A stretch of DNA of 64,000 nucleotides from Rhina ancylostomus (GCA_030265395.1 JARFYF010000051.1:29014237-29078236); one strand, 5' to 3'; shown: positions 1-14,965, counted from the first letter of the stretch. Notes: a model not told the origin generated them from the sequence alone. Made by a program: numbers and translations.

Positions 1-2399
1 TGTGCATTATGACCTGCTCCAATATTCATTTTTTACTTAATGGAAAATAGTTAAATACAGACTACAAAACTTGTAAGATTACAGTAATTATTTTTTGATA
101 ACTTGGTAACTTGGCAGAAACAAAATAAAATTTTCGCAAGCGAACTAAAGGGTCTGTTTCTTATGCAATCAATACAATTTTAGGAAACAAGGCACTGCAG
201 AACTCTATTTTGGCAGAAAGGAAATTGGATTATTTAAAATTATACCAAGACATAATGCCTGTTTTATTGCTGTTTGCATTTATCATGTTCATTATAAATA
301 AATGAGTAACAAAAGACAATGATTCATCTTTGGGAACAAAGTAATGAAACATAATACCAGTCACTGAATGGATAGTTACATTGATGTTACAGCAAGAATT
401 CAATCTCTGAAAGGTCAAAATCTGCATTGTTAATTAAGGAGTTATTCTCCATGTCTCTAATCACTAACAACAACATGTAAATACTGCTCTCCTCACATCA
501 CCATTCATTATTTTATTTACACTCATTCCTTGGAGGAGATCTTTTATGGATAATCACCTGTGCTCATAAATGATGCCAAAAAAACTGTCACATGCTGGAT
601 TCCTTCATATGCTTACTTGTAATTAATATTAATACATGATATATTCATGCAGAAATGGATTTTCCCTCCCAAAACAGTTAACAAGGAAGACCTCAAAGAA
701 TCTTAAAGGATTTTTTTTCTCAAAAACATTCAAAAGCAATTCCCTTGCATTCCAAGGGGAAAACAATTTTGTTATTACCCTAAATATTTAATATTATTTA
801 CTGCTGCATTTGCACTTCAGAGCCCCAAAAAGTCTACTTATATATTTAAAAATTACACCAGTGAGAAATTTCTCAAAAAAACTTCTCAATTTCCTAATCA
901 ATGTTTTCCTGAAATTAATCCTCCCTTATTCTTGTTGGGACTGAACCTATTTAATTGGCTAAACTATGCAGAGCAGCTTCACTTAAATGCAAGAATATTT
1001 GAACTTCAAATTAACCCAAACCACTGAACTATCATTCTCAGCAACACTCAGTAACTACACCAGTGGGGATGCTTTTAGCAGAAATCCATAGTTAATATAA
1101 TTCTTAGATTAAATCTTTAGGTTAAATTAGACCTGCACCTTTACTATGCCTTTTTCTAGCCCTATAGCTATCAACAGGCTCTTCTGGAATTGTTGTCTCG
1201 TCCACCCAATGTTCTGTAGGACGAACTTGGCCGACTTCACGCCTACCTACAACATCAACAATATAGGAAAAAACATTGAAACAATTAGCAAAAAAAACTC
1301 AACATTAAGCATCAATGTGCATGCAAAAACAAACATACACAAAGCTTAGCTATTGAACATTTTTGCAGTCTGATCATCACTCTTCATCAATCTCATACAA
1401 AGGGATCATTTCTATGCCAGAAATTAATTCTGCCTGGTTTATGAGTGGCACTAGTTCATTATTCCCTTTGTTTGATCCTTTTTGATGTCCCAGACACTTC
1501 TAATTCCTGGTAGCATGCTGTTGTTCCTGTATGCACTCTCACCCACACACACGTTCTCACCAATTTGCTGTCAATGCTAATAAATGAATTACACATGAAT
1601 TTCTGTTGTCTGATTGAATAAATAAAGAGTTAATTTATGCAGCTTTTAAAAACATTTTTAATTGCTAAGTAACTCAAATCTTCAAGCCTTTTTTTGAATA
1701 TAACATTTATGTTAAACAATGGAGGTCAAGACAAAGTTCATAAATGGAAATGCTAATCATATTACAATGATTCACATAAGGTTTTAAGTTATAAACATTA
1801 GCTGCAATTAATCAATTTATATTATGCTTTTTTAAAAATGTTACTGCTTATTTAAGAAATTGACTAATGGAATATTCACAATATATCAATAACACTGCTT
1901 TTTTGTGCTGAGAAGAAAAATATTTACTTCCACCATCTGAGATAGAGTACTTGTTACAAATCTCATCAATGCTAATATATTACTCTCCTAACCGTGCTGG
2001 ATTATATAATTAAGAATGGCCATTTGCTTCAGAATAACCATCACTAGAAATAAAATGTTGTATTCATTTATGGGATGAGGGCATTCATGGCAAACCCAGC
2101 ATTTATTCCCATCCCTCATTAACTTCAAGAAGGTTATAGTGAACTGTTTACTTTTATATGTGTGGTTGATGTGGAGAAGGGGATGTTAAGGTAGGGAGTT
2201 TTGACCTAGCAATAATAAAGAGATGGTGGTACTAATTCAAAATCAGCACCATGTATGCAACTTGGAAGTTATGTGCTTCAGTGCATGCTGGCCTTATGAC
2301 CTCTACCACCTCAAAGGATAAATTTAGGAAGTGCTGTCAAAGACTTCTGTTGTTCAACAGTCTGGACAACAGTCTAAAACTCTTCTTTTAGTACTTTCC

Positions 2400-3900
2400 T
2401 TACCCTCCTCAATTAGCCATGGATCATTGTTTTGTGGAGTTTTTAAAATCAAAAGAAAACACATTTATCAAGAATTCTGAATGTTTTCTCCAAATGATTC
2501 CTAACTTTTATTAACTGGTGAACTTTTTTTGTTATTTTATTTCCCAATCGACCTCAGCTCATGCACTACTCATTCGACAAGTTTCCAACTGATCCCAATC
2601 TCTTATGGTGCTAACAAAATGCTATCATATCGCAATCACTTTTCCTTAAAGTATCTCTTAATGAGATTCACCTTGTTTTATTACACAAAATAGCCTGCTG
2701 TCCATTTATTTCTACCAGACCCTGTTCAAGAAAATGATCTGAATTGGACTATAGGAATTTGACCTGCAAAGTATTTTAGCCAATTTGATTTGCCCAGTCT
2801 TCACAGAAATTAAATTTCCAAATCGTTTTGTTGTGTTTTTTTTTCAATTTCCTAACTCCCTTTGCAGTTGTGTGCTGTTATAAGGGGATCTTATTTTCCA
2901 TTTATTTCTATCCACACTGATGCTATGATTCTGGGCCAAGATCATTCCTTTTTGCTGTCCTTAAAGCATTCTGTATTATCAGTGCTAGCGTACCTACATC
3001 TCGTCTGTACCTTCGAAATGTCAAAAACCCTGGAATATTTGATTCCCAATTTTGGTCATCAGGCAATCACCCAGAAAATATTTGGTCAAGACCATTCATC
3101 CGTATCTGCCATTGATTTTCCTCTGTTATTATAAATGCTTTAATCATTGTGATACATTTTTAACATTTCAACCATCAATCTTTGAATTGACGTTAACTAA
3201 TGCACCATTGCTGTTAGATTCTCTGACCCTTCCTCTCTCACTCTACCTATGATTACTCGAATGCTATTTCACCTTGGAGCTTGGATACTTCCAGTCAAAT
3301 CTATAATCTTTCCCTTACCCTTAACCTGACCATCCACTTATATTAATTTAAAACCCCATCAACAGCCCTGGTATCCTCAGAAATAGATAACCAAGCTCGG
3401 CCCAGTTCAAATGGATCCTGTGGAATAGCTCTCTTTCTCTGGTAGTGAATCCAGCATCCCATGAATCAAAACCCCTTTGTCCCACAATCCCCCTTGAGTA
3501 AATAATTTCACTCTTTGACTTGTTCAAATCTATCCTAATTTTTGAATGGCTGAGGTAGCCAGTGCTATTTTCCTTGCATTTTAATTTAGTTCCTAGCTCT
3601 GTAACATCTCTCAGCAGAAACCCATTCCTACTTGGGGAACCAAAGTTCCTCAAATTGCAGACCTTTCTGGTCAACATCAACTTCCACAATGCTGCACCTG
3701 CCCTGCTATCTCTATTGATATATTTTACACCTTACAATTAATTGAGGTCTCTGTTTGACTTTAACTGATTAGTTTATCTAACCGAAAAATAATTAGTCTT
3801 TATTACTTGTAGCCACCTTTGTCTAGCTTGTTGTAGACCATTAAAGGACATGGTAAAGTTGTTTTTATTCCCCTTGTGCTAATTGTCTCACCACCTGCTG
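2400..3900 (-). mobile_element. Old CR1 LINE remnant (ORF1 esterase and ORF2 start)
   Basis: The ORF fragment ...RNGF...RERELFHRIHLNW resembles the CR1 ORF1 esterase motif (EGF...DGLHLN). Heavily decayed. Confidence 0.5.
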
Positions 3901-4139
3901 CAGACCCCATTCAGTGGTCAGTCTGCTCGCTCAGTCAGTTATCCTGCTGCTGAGCAACTCCTGTAGATGGACTGAAGATTCACAACCAGGTTCATTCTGG
4001 ACCCTTTGCTACCGAGTGCTTCTTCCAAATCTCATTCAGTACAGCGGAGGGCTGATTGTCACACTGAGTGTATGTATGTGTGTCAGTGCGTGTAACCCAA
4101 GGCCAAGAGGTCTAGACTCAGTTCTGAAGATTTCCAGGC

Positions 4140-4320
4140 TACCTTGACTCTGTACTACTGCAATGCCACCTCTGGTAGGTCTGCCCTGTTGGTGGGAAAG
4201 ACATGGCCGGAGATCATAATGGAGGAGTCTGGAACATGAGCTGAAAAGTATAATTCTGTAAATACAACAATGTCAGTTTTGCCGGGTCCCCAGATGTTTG
4301 TGAGGAGGTCAAGTGAGCTT
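4140..4320 (-). mobile_element. LINE endonuclease fragment
   Basis: KTDIVVFTELYFSAHVPDSSIMISGHV resembles the APE endonuclease N-terminus (PDIVxLTE...IxIPGY). Confidence 0.6.
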
Positions 4321-4949
4321 CGTATCCCCTTGACAAGTCTGAATTCAATGATTAAAGTCAATGCCTAACACAACAGAAACACTTCTGCAAAGGGATTTTA
4401 GCTGAAGACTATTTGGACCATGAAGCTATTTTAAGATCTAGTCCTAATATTCCAAGTAATCTTTTCCATAAGAACAATAATAAATTCTCATATTTACATA
4501 TTTAGGATAAGTATTTACATTTTTATTTGCCTTTGTCACTTTGTGTTATGGATGTCAAAGCAATAAATCGAGTATCAATTAAAACAAATAAACAGCTAAA
4601 AGCTGAATTTGCAAAATTCATAAAGGTCTAATTGTTAAGACTTCCAATGAAGTGAAATGAAACATTATTTATTTGAAAATTTACACTTCATAACGATATA
4701 GATCTTCCTCTGTCTGCTTTGTTTTGCTGCTGTCTATGTTGAGCACTTTCTGTGATGACAGCATGGCATATCTGCCAGAGCGCCAAGCACTTAACACATG
4801 ATTCTTCTAACTTGTTGCCCTGCTGAGAACAGTACTAGGCTACTCAGTCTCTCACGTCAGGTCTGTCACTAAGCTTCCTTAGTTCTACATCCCTTGATAC
4901 CGATAACATAATCGTACTGACCACAACCATTCAGTTTTATAGTGCAGTT

Positions 4950-5830
4950 TAGCTTCTCCAAATCTATCCAATCAATTTTTTTTCTGTTTTAAAGAGATTA
5001 ATCAATCTCTCATACATAGAAGAATACAAGTCGGTGTATACAATCTGTTCTCATAATTTTATCTTTTAAGCTGCAGAGTTCATGCCAAGTCCCACATACC
5101 CTTCTTACAATATACTGCCCAAAACTGAATTCAGTACCCCAGATGGAGAATAATAACAAGACTTCATATAACCAGTCCTGTGTAATACCCCCACTCGAAA
5201 TAATGGTCAACATTCTATTAACCTTTTTGATTGCTTCGTGTACCTTCCCATAATTTGGGAACTGCATTCACCAGACCCACCTTCGCAACATTACTTGCCT
5301 TTGCTCAACTTCAGTTGATCTGCCACTGAAACTTAACCTGCTAGTGTCCCTTTGGAACTTCTATTTCCATTTGCTCAGCTTACTGCTAATTTAGTGTGAA
5401 TTGCAAACAAGGCTATATGGATCCATATTCTTTCAACAGAATTACTAGTAAAACTGAGGACCCAGAACAGATCACTGGAGCACACTGCCTGCTGTATCTG
5501 GCCAAAGTAACTTCCTACTCATTATTGCCATTTTCTGTCTCCTAACTGCCAAGCTAAATACAACAAACTACTTCCAATTCTATGCAGACTCACTTTTGCC
5601 AATAATTTTTATGGAATCTGATCAGATACCATCCAGAAATCTACTTAGGCAAGTACCATCTGTGGACACATCTTTACGCTCCCTGAAAGTAAACAAAATG
5701 ATCTATATTTTGATTGAATAAAGTCACACACTGGCTTTTGCTGATCAACTCATATTATCCTCATTGCTCAATCACTATATCCTTAATGATAGATTCTAGT
5801 GGCTTGACCACAACTAATGCTAAAACTAAA
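4950..5830 (-). mobile_element. Decayed CR1 LINE RT/3' region
   Basis: Remnants such as KKVNRML...I and FSFGQY, plus the cccagaacagatcactggagcac motif typical of CR1 RT in antisense. Confidence 0.55.
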
Positions 5831-7216
5831 TTAGGAGGTGGCATTTTGGTTCATTCACAGACATAGGTTAGGTTGAGACAATTATCCTCAAGCTTATTTT
5901 TCCCAGTGTATACAAGGTATATAATGCAAACATGAATGCTTTCATAACAGAAATGACAGAATGAAGAACACTGCTCTGCTGTATTCTGTCATTCCTGTTT
6001 TGTAACACAAAGGAAAAAGTATGATTGTAAAACTAATCATATGAAATATATTTTTTTAAATTGCATATCAAGCCTTGCAAAATATATCCTGTTTGCAGGA
6101 ATTTATCAACTTTCAAGATACAGATGTGTATACATGTTCATAAAGTTGTATAATTAATCAATACTGAGTTAGCAAAAAATGTATTGAATGTATTGGGTGC
6201 ATGATTAAGTTCCAAAGATCAGAATTACTAAAGGTGCAATATTTAATTACACTGAATGGTTGTTAATCAGTTAATAAGCCTTGGATCCCTGTCATCAGAT
6301 TTTTGCCTCATCTCCTACCAGTTTTATTTCTTACTTGGAGAAAAACTCTGTGGAAACTCATTGTTATATTTTATTGATATAATTCTGACCAGCCAAAAAG
6401 ATTCTTTGTGAAGTAATAAGACCATAATCCTGAATTTTTATAAATATAAAACAATGTGGACTGTCATTAAGGGAGCCAATAAAACATCCGATCATTCTAA
6501 TTATAGGAAAACATGGACCATTTGGCACTAAACAACTGTAAACACATTGGACCACCCAGGGTCCGGGTGTGGGTTCACACTAGTATACCTGCAGAGAAGG
6601 TTTGGCATGTCAGCATCTTGCCCATTGGAGCAGGATAAAGTCAACCTGGGTTGGTTATGAGAACATCTCAGCAGCTGGCAAAACTACAGGAGCAGATTGC
6701 TTGCTTCTCTCATTGACAGAGGAACAGTAAGTAGAAGGAAAAGACACAGGAGGTGGTAAAAGGTGGTTTGAAAATGAAAAATCAGCATAAAGTAGAAAAC
6801 TATACAGCATTAGCTATTTTTAAGCAATACAGAACTATACTGCTGTAAAGCTCAATTAACAGGGCCATACTTATAAGCATATATAACATGCTAATCATAT
6901 AAAATGGTTTGAGAAGATAGAAATCTGGAACAAAAACTTGAAATAATTTCAGCAAGACAGATGCACTCAAATTTAAAATCTTTGTGATCTCTGTCCTGTC
7001 TTAAGTGGCTACTCACTTATGAAATTCTCTGTAATGACACTGAAAGTTTTCCAACTTCCACATTCACTCAGATCTAATAACATTATGATCTAGGACTTTC
7101 AAGGTCAGCCAAATTTTATGTGCAAGACAGAAGCATTAAAGCCATAGTTGCAAATACAGAAGCCATATTTTCCAAATGACAATGAAATGGTTTTGACATT
7201 AAATCTACAGTCATAC

Positions 7217-7342
7217 CTTCAAGATTCCATCCCCACATCCAAATGAAGCCAAATTAATGTCTTGATTAAGGCAGCAACAACAAATACTAGAGTCCTGGGC
7301 GTCACTCTGATGGATTACATTGCCAGTTTTTCCATTTATTAG
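7217..7342 (-). CDS. APAF1: APAF1 coding exon (human exon 21 equivalent; WD40)
   Basis: cag|LINGKTGNVIHQSDAQDSSICCCCLNQDINLASFGCGDGILK|gtatga; 126 nt. Confidence 0.92.
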
Positions 7343-8499
7343 CTGTTTTCAATACAAAATAATTGAGTTAATACTGAAGTTATCTCAGCATCTAAAAAGA
7401 CAAAATGAAGGTGTTATTTACACCCAAATAATAAACAGATACCAATAAAGTTGGAAAAATGCATGTCCCTAGCCAGACAGGAGTACTGTGAACAGATTCT
7501 ACAGACAGATGCTTAACAGAACTAGTTGCATATAACAGATTAAACTACTGAAATATAGTGATACAGAATATGAATTTTATCTGACAGCTGGTGATGGTAA
7601 GGCAACAGGACTGGAGAATAAAAAAATAGATTGATAGATGTCAATCACTTTAAAAGCGTGGGAAAAATATTGCATAGTACATCATTTATTATGGTCAACT
7701 TTATTCACCAGACTATTTTGTATTCCCATTGACTCAAGGAACTCAAGAATGCTCATATCAACTTGCACACAAGTTTTCTGTTCTTGAGGCCCAAAAACTA
7801 AATGTAAAATTCTTCTCACATTTGTTACAAGATTACGTTGAATGTCATTGAACAATCTTCATACCTGGAAGTCCATAAATGATGCTGGGAAATGATATTG
7901 CTTTATCAGCACACATTTCTGGGTTAAGGAGTCTTCTTATCTTCAAGGCAGTGTCTCAAGTTCAAAGATGACCTACTTTTACAACAGTTCTGTGGGCTCC
8001 GTAGTACCTGGTCAATCATGAGATTATGAACCTGTATTCCCCATTTTCTTTCTTTCTTCTTTCTTACTTACTGGGGTATAGTTGCTACCTGCTAATCTGT
8101 GGGAACCATTCTAGGTCCTATGAAATTTTTGGAAGGCAATAAGCAATCAGTGCATCCACCTCTTTCAAAATCTTGAGATGCAGGTCATTGACTTTCTGAC
8201 CATTATTTTCTCCAATACATGTTTTTCATGCTAATTTCTTTTAGCACCTCATTCACTCTTACCTCTTGCTCTCCATCATTTCTGAGAGGTTTTTTAGTGA
8301 AGCCAGACACAAAATATTTGTTAAAGTTCACTGCTGCTTACTTAACTTCTCCTATCACATCTTGTTATGGAACCACATTACCTTTTGCTAATCATTTCAT
8401 CTTGTATGATTTTCAATCCTCAGGCTTTCTTTCAATATTATCAGCCTTTTTCCTTTGACCTAAACCATCTTTCTTCCACCTCTTATGCAGTTCCTCAGG

Positions 8500-9728
8500 A
8501 TCAAAAATGTCTTGCTTCATTTTGAGAGCTTTGAGGTGACAGATGTGGCCCAAAGCAGGGACTGCACTCCTCCACGGAGGGCGCAGGTGATGTCTGACAG
8601 GGCAGATGGAAAGGTAGTATGTGAGGTGTTGCACTCCTTCTGACACTTACACAAGGCTTCCGTGTGCTCTCCATGCATGGACTCAAGGTTCTCAATACCA
8701 TCTTGGATGCTCTTTCTCAACTTTTAGTCCTCGGCCAGGGATTCCTTGGAGTCAATGGGGATGCTGAGTTTCTCAAGGAGGCTTCAAGTGCACCACTGAA
8801 TCTCTTCCCATGTCCAACCAATAATCTCTTCCTGTCCCAGAGCGCAGAATACCTAGGCTGTTTCAAGGTTCTGGTGCTGGGCAAGTGAGCAACATGTCCT
8901 GCCCAGTCGGGCTGACTGAGTGGAATTAGGGCCTTAATGCTGAGAGGTGTTAGCCCAGGAGGTTACAGACATCGACTCACTTACCTTTCCAGTAAATTTA
9001 AAGCATTTTGCAGAGGCAGCATTGGTTCTATCTTTCCAGTGCCTTGATGTGTTTGCTGCAGGCAATCCAGTTCTCAGAAGCATATAGGAGGGCATAGATC
9101 ACTACTGCCCTGTACACCATGAATGTTGTGTTTGGTCTGAGATCTTGATCTTCACAGAGCCTTTTCCATATCAATTAAAAGGTTATCCTAATGCACTGAA
9201 GCAAATGGTGAATTCCTACACTGATGTCCACTTTTTCAGGGAGAAAGCTCCTGAGATGCAGGAAGTAGTCCACATTTCCCAATACCTCACCACAAACCTT
9301 TATTGGCAGAGGGCAGTACTTTCTAATGGAAGCAGGTTGGTAGAAGACTAGTTTTACTGATGTGAGTGTGGGGTCCATCCTCTCATATGCTTCAATGAAT
9401 GAGTCAAGGTGACTTGGACACGGTTTCTGAGAATGTGCGGAAACTATTGTTGTCCATGTACAGCAGCTCAACTACTGAAGTTCAGGTGACCTTGGTTCTG
9501 GAGTGTACTTTATGTTTGCAATTAGGTCTGAACATTTTTCATTGCTTCATTCCTGTGGGAAGCAAGCAGCAATATTGCAGCAAGAAAGTTTGAGAAAAGT
9601 GTCAGTGCAAATATGCAGCCTTGTTTGACACTGGTATTCACTGGGATTGGCTCTATTATAGTGCCTTTGGTTGGGCTCCTAGCCTGCATATCATCATCAC
9701 CAACTATAAAATGGGACAAACTTTTGAG
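8500..9728 (-). mobile_element. RTE-clade LINE remnant
   Basis: Peptides VKQGCIFALTLFSNFL and VLGNVDYFLHLRSFL..KVDI..GIHHLLQC match RTE reverse-transcriptase motifs. Ends at an N gap. Confidence 0.8.
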
Positions 9729-10607
9729 NNNNNNNNNNNNNNNNNCCCCCCCCCCCCCCCCACCCCGAGTGATGGAGTCAGGGCTTTAGTGACAAAATCA
9801 AAAAAAGCCACGTTAGTGGTGCTCTCTGTTTTTTTCTTGGACTCGTCATGTTGTGAAGATCATGTCCACTGTGGCTCTCGATGGACTGAATCCACATTAC
9901 CTTTAACCTCTTGTTGGACCACTTCATTTTTTTTAATGCCTTCAAGGGATATATATTTGCTGTAAGCTTATGTAATAATTCTTTATATGATAACCATTGC
10001 TTGATTACGGTCATAACATCTAACGTAGCTTTCCAACTTCCTGTAGTCAATGCAGGCCTCATGCATTTATTTATAGTTTTGTTTAGATTTAAGACCCTGG
10101 TTTCAGATTGAACTAATCACTTTAAGATTGATGTAAAATTCTATCACATTAGGATAATTTATTTTTGAAATTAAATGAAAAGCTATGTGACTGAAGTAAG
10201 AGTTGTACATCTTGAGCATACCTCTAACTATATTCTGTACTTCAGTCCAGAGAGCAAACCAGCAAATGATCTGACCTTCAAACTAACCTTGCCTTCTTCC
10301 ACCTCAGCTTTCCTTTCATTACTTTTTCTCTACATTTAATATTTTTCTTTTTTGTTTACCAAAACAAAGTTTAAGTGCCACAGAGTTGAAACACATTAAG
10401 TCGATTATTTTTGTTTGAAATGATTTTAGTTGCCCTTGCTTTCTTTTTTTTAAAGATCAGCAAATGGAAAACATTGCTCAATATGTTGACTATCTGCTCA
10501 AATTTAATATATTGTCTCCTTTTGAGAAGAGCTGCTTAAATCAACAATACAGAGAGCCACTGGGACACCTAATCATAACCTTTCCATTTGAAACAAAAAA
10601 TGCTTAC

Positions 10608-10727
10608 CTGTAAACATTTTTTATTATCAGATACCAGAACAAAAATGTCATTCTTTTGGAAGATTGCATCCATGCACTGTACCAAAGAAACAGCAAAGGA
10701 ACTATGCACTTTATTGGTCTCCCATAG
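10608..10727 (-). CDS. APAF1: APAF1 coding exon (human exon 20 equivalent)
   Basis: cag|LWETNKVHSSFAVSLVQCMDAIFQKNDIFVLVSDNKKCLQ|gtaagc; 120 nt. Confidence 0.93.
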
Positions 10728-11819
10728 CTGTCAAAACAAAATGCAATTTAGATGTCATAACCAGGAGATTCATGCATTCTTTCACTCCTGTAGCCTATTA
10801 TCCATATAATACAACCAATTCACTGAAACCAAATGACATTAAGTTTAATGAAAAAGCTCAAAAGATATTAAAGTGATATTGCAAAAAATCAGCACCATCT
10901 CACCCGTATATAATCTATTTGACATCCACAAAAAAAGTCAGAGGAAAGTAGAAAACATTGCAACTTTTGAGATTACACAGATATGATGCCTCACCATGAA
11001 AAAGGTGTATGCTGTAGGGTGGAAATTGATAATAGGAGTTCAAAATTAATGAATCTGTGTATAACTGACAAAGTTGTCTGAAAAGTAATTACCAAGAGCA
11101 TCAGAAGACTTGTGAATATTATACTATTAATCAGTAAATTAGAGTACTTCATTGACTTGAAAAGGTACAAGGAAGCTCATTCACTTATTTATGTTGTTCC
11201 AGTTGCCCCTCCCCATCCGTTTAAAGGGGGAATACTTTGAAATGTAAATTTATCTTGACAAAACAATAATGCCTGTCAATACAGACAATATTTAGTCCAG
11301 GTTATGACAGAGTATATGACTAGACCTGTCCACGATATTTCATAAGAGATAAAATTAGTTTTGACATTGAATGGAGTTTAGTAACTAACAAACTCTGTTT
11401 CAATGAGCTTACTCTTCATTAAAGGTTGAACTAACACAGTGGAATATAATCAGCTTTGTCATCAGAATACAATCTTTACAAAGAAAAGCAGAAGAATTTA
11501 TTATTGCTGGAAAACTGCTGCACTGCGGATCAATTCAGAGAGGATCAAGCACTCATGGGTTACAACATGAATGAAGGTGTGATAAGAACGCTGTCTCTTT
11601 CATCTGTTCAATATGCTCATAAGGTGGAAGAGACAATGAGCATCTGTGCAACCAAACAATTTGCTCAGCTCTACTTTTAAATTGGCATGCTACAGCAGTA
11701 TAAAATATGCAGTTATATAATCGCCTCTCAAGTCATGTAGAAATTAAGAGAGGAAGTTCAAACTGTTAGTTCTTTTTCCTTTTGAAATGTTGTGGACAGA
11801 TCGAGTCATATACTTGTGA

Positions 11820-12290
11820 TAGAGGGAGTAGAATGAAGGTTCATTGAGATTAATTTCTAAGATGGCAAGGTTTGTCATATGAGAGAGCAAACAGACTGGG
11901 CCTATACTGTCTAAAGTTTAGAAGAATGAAAGGTGTTCACATTGAAACACACAAGAATCTTATGGGGCTCAGTAGGATACAGCTGATGTTTCCTCTGAAC
12001 CAGGGATCACTTTCTGAGAATATGAGGGCAGCCATTCTGAGCAGAAATGAGGAGAAACTTCTTCATCCAGAGGGGAATGAATCTTTTGAAATTCTCTTCC
12101 TAAAAGGGCTGTGAAGATTCATTCATTGAGTCTATTGAATAGAGACTAATTGGTTTTCAGATATTAAGGGAATCAAGGGACATGGAGCTAGTACCAGAAA
12201 GTGGTGCTGAGGAAAGTTCAGCCATGATCTAACTGGATGGCAAAGCATGCATGAGGAGTCAAGTGGTCTACACCTGTTTCTATTTGTATT
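11820..12290 (+). mobile_element. CR1 LINE 3' fragment
   Basis: SYERANRLGLYCLKFRRMKGVHIETHKNLMGL corresponds to the CR1 ORF2 C-terminus (RLGLFSLExRRLRGDLIEVYKI). Confidence 0.8.
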
Positions 12291-13451
12291 CCTACAGGCA
12301 TTTTCCTGGAGAAACAAAATTTCTGTGGAAAATTAGATCTTTTTGAGCAGCAATTTTCAGCTGAGCAACTATTTGCCAAGGAGAAGTTTGATTACAATAA
12401 TGAGAATACCAAATCTGAAACACTTTCAAATTATGAGTCTATTGGAGTTTAAGAAGACAATGGTGGCCTTTGAGAATGCTTTGAGGCTGGATAGACCAAA
12501 GGCAGCAATTTTAGTTGAGCTGAAGTTTGCAGTTCGGAGGACAGAGGGCTAGCAGTTCCTCCGAATAATTAAGACTGAAGGATACAGAGTCAGGAATCAA
12601 GATTTTAACAGCATGGTGTCAGAGGCAAGTGCAACGTTGGGGAATGCTACAAAGGTAAATGTATCTCTAATTTTCTGATATGCAGGATAAGTTGAAATCC
12701 TAATTCAGGGTCTAATGGGATACAGAGGCCGCAAACAGCCTGTTTTAGCTTGAGATAATGAGTGGGAAGGGGCAAGAGTAAATGGAGTAGGAGGGGAAGC
12801 TATTAACCTTAAAGGAGTGATCAATTAGTCAATTTACCACACCGGCAATATTTGAACTACACATTGAAGATAAAATCTAACACAATAATAAATTAAAAAT
12901 TTAAGTCACATTATACCCTCACATTGGATAGCATTGGATGCCACTTTGCATATCATTTACATGTGATTGCAGTTTTGACATGTCAATCTTATACATTTTT
13001 CTTGCTGTTTCTCAATCTCATAGAGATCATTGTACTCCTGAGAATGAGAAATGCTTTGCCACAAACTCACTAGGAGGAGAGGATTATACATTGCAACATT
13101 TGATATGAATCTCTTCCAAAATCAGATTTTTCCAGTGATGATATTAAAATAGATATGGTTCTCTCATATATGTCAGATAAATAGATGAAACCACATATTG
13201 ATTCACTGTTCATCTCTGTAAAATTAGAGCATAACATTAAATACAAGTGAAGCAAATAGATACCACATTGCAGGAAGGCAGAGCGAGTACCATTTGGGAC
13301 ATTTAAGATTTTAGAATTCTAGAGATGGATGGCTCTTCATTCTGAAAATATGTTTTTGCAGGAACTGAAATAATCAAAGCAACTCTGTATGTGTAGTTGT
13401 TTCTCATAGTGTCCTTTCATTCACAGAATTAGTTAATAAAATCTTACATAC

Positions 13452-13577
13452 CCTAACAGTTTGGTCATCTGAAGAGGACAATAACTTTGAACCATCACGT
13501 GAAAATTGAACACAATGAACCCAGCTCAAGTGTCCACTGCAGTCAGCCACTCTCTTCTGCAAGTCCATGTCCCATAA
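13452..13577 (-). CDS. APAF1: APAF1 coding exon (human exon 19 equivalent; WD40)
   Basis: tag|LWDMDLQKRVADCSGHLSWVHCVQFSRDGSKLLSSSDDQTVR|gtatgt; 126 nt. Confidence 0.96.
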
Positions 13578-14644
13578 CTAGAAGAAATTGAACAAAAAAT
13601 GTAACTCAATGTATTGGTTAAATTTTTTCATATCACAAGATCATGAAATAGTGATTTATTGACAGTGATTTTGAATCTAAAAATGAGATGTTCATTAACT
13701 TAATTAAATCTGCTAGAGGACTGCAATTGGTATTCTCCTTTACATTTAACTGCCACAGAGCCAGGTCTTCCTGGAATGAGGCAGAAAATTGGAAGCAGGA
13801 GCTGACATTTCAAGGCAGCAGGTGCCTTTCAGTGATTCTTGAATACCAGGAAGGGCAGATATATGCCTCACGATCCCTCAACCCACCCCAATCAGTAGAC
13901 TTTTCCCAGCTCACCAGATCACAATTTCTAGCTTCAATCCCCTCCTGGCAGAATTGATTCCACTCCTGGCAGTGTTCCCCACCAGACAACTGGCCAGTTG
14001 GAAGGTGAGATCCTGCAGTTCTCTTCAGCAGGAAATTGCCTGTTTTTTTTTCCAACTCCACTCCTGTCCTCTCTGGAAATGTTCAGGTCAGTGGATTGGG
14101 AAATGCTGCTGATATCAGATACCATGGAAAATGTTTTGATAGTTCTGTACGTGCTCCCACAAGGAATCATGGAATATAAGATGATAAATAGGCTCACTAG
14201 AAAAGTCAGAAAGGAAACAGAGTGCAGCCCTACATAAATAAATTATATAGGCTAGAAAGAGATCAAAAGAAAAAAAAATCAAGGACCATAATGAGCAAAA
14301 GTACAATGACATTCAGAAGTGCTGAGACTTTTTAAGTAAAAGACTAGGGACAGATGATTCAAGGTTGAAAAGTGGGAAGTTACAGTATAGTGTGCAAGAA
14401 AATAAAAGAAAGCATTGAATCATAACAATCATAGAAACCTGGAGAGTTAATGGACAAATCCACAGAACTATGAGCATACTACTTACAATATCAAAGTACT
14501 GATAAGATACTGGTTTTCATTAGTAGAGGGATAATGGGTCAGCTGCTGATCCAGTACAGTTAAAAAGATGCCATCTCATTAATTTTACTTTAATTTATTT
14601 TTCTCGATATATACTCCCACAACGTTTCTTACCTATAAAAACTC

Positions 14645-14965
14645 GGGTGTCACAGAGGCACTGCAGGTAGTGTGGCTATCACATGGCTCTGGCAACCCAG
14701 GTTTAATTCTGACTCTGATGTTGCCTGCATGGAATTTCCGTGGTCACAGGGTATCCCCTGTGAATTCCCATTTCCCCTCAAATCACCTGGACATGTTGGT
14801 TGGTAGATTAACTATAAATTGACCCGAATGTTGGTGAGCAAAAGGAGAATCAGGGCTAATCGATAGGCATGTGTGAGAGAACAGGTTACATGGAAATAGG
14901 TGGAGCAATATAATTGCTCTGAGAACCAGCGTAGACGCAACGGTCCTCATTCTGTGTCATTATGA
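14645..14965 (+). mobile_element. Degenerate tRNA-derived SINE (HE1/V-SINE-like)
   Basis: tRNA-like head (B-box-like ggtttaattc) and body similar to the copies at 57400 and 28310. Confidence 0.55.

Noticed and set aside
1-7216. Search for the next APAF1 exon (human exon 22 equivalent)
   Set aside because: No minus-strand segment with a WD40-like translation and splice sites was found by eye. A candidate AG...GT at about 6588-6683 has no APAF1 similarity. The exon probably lies beyond the window, though I could have missed a divergent one.
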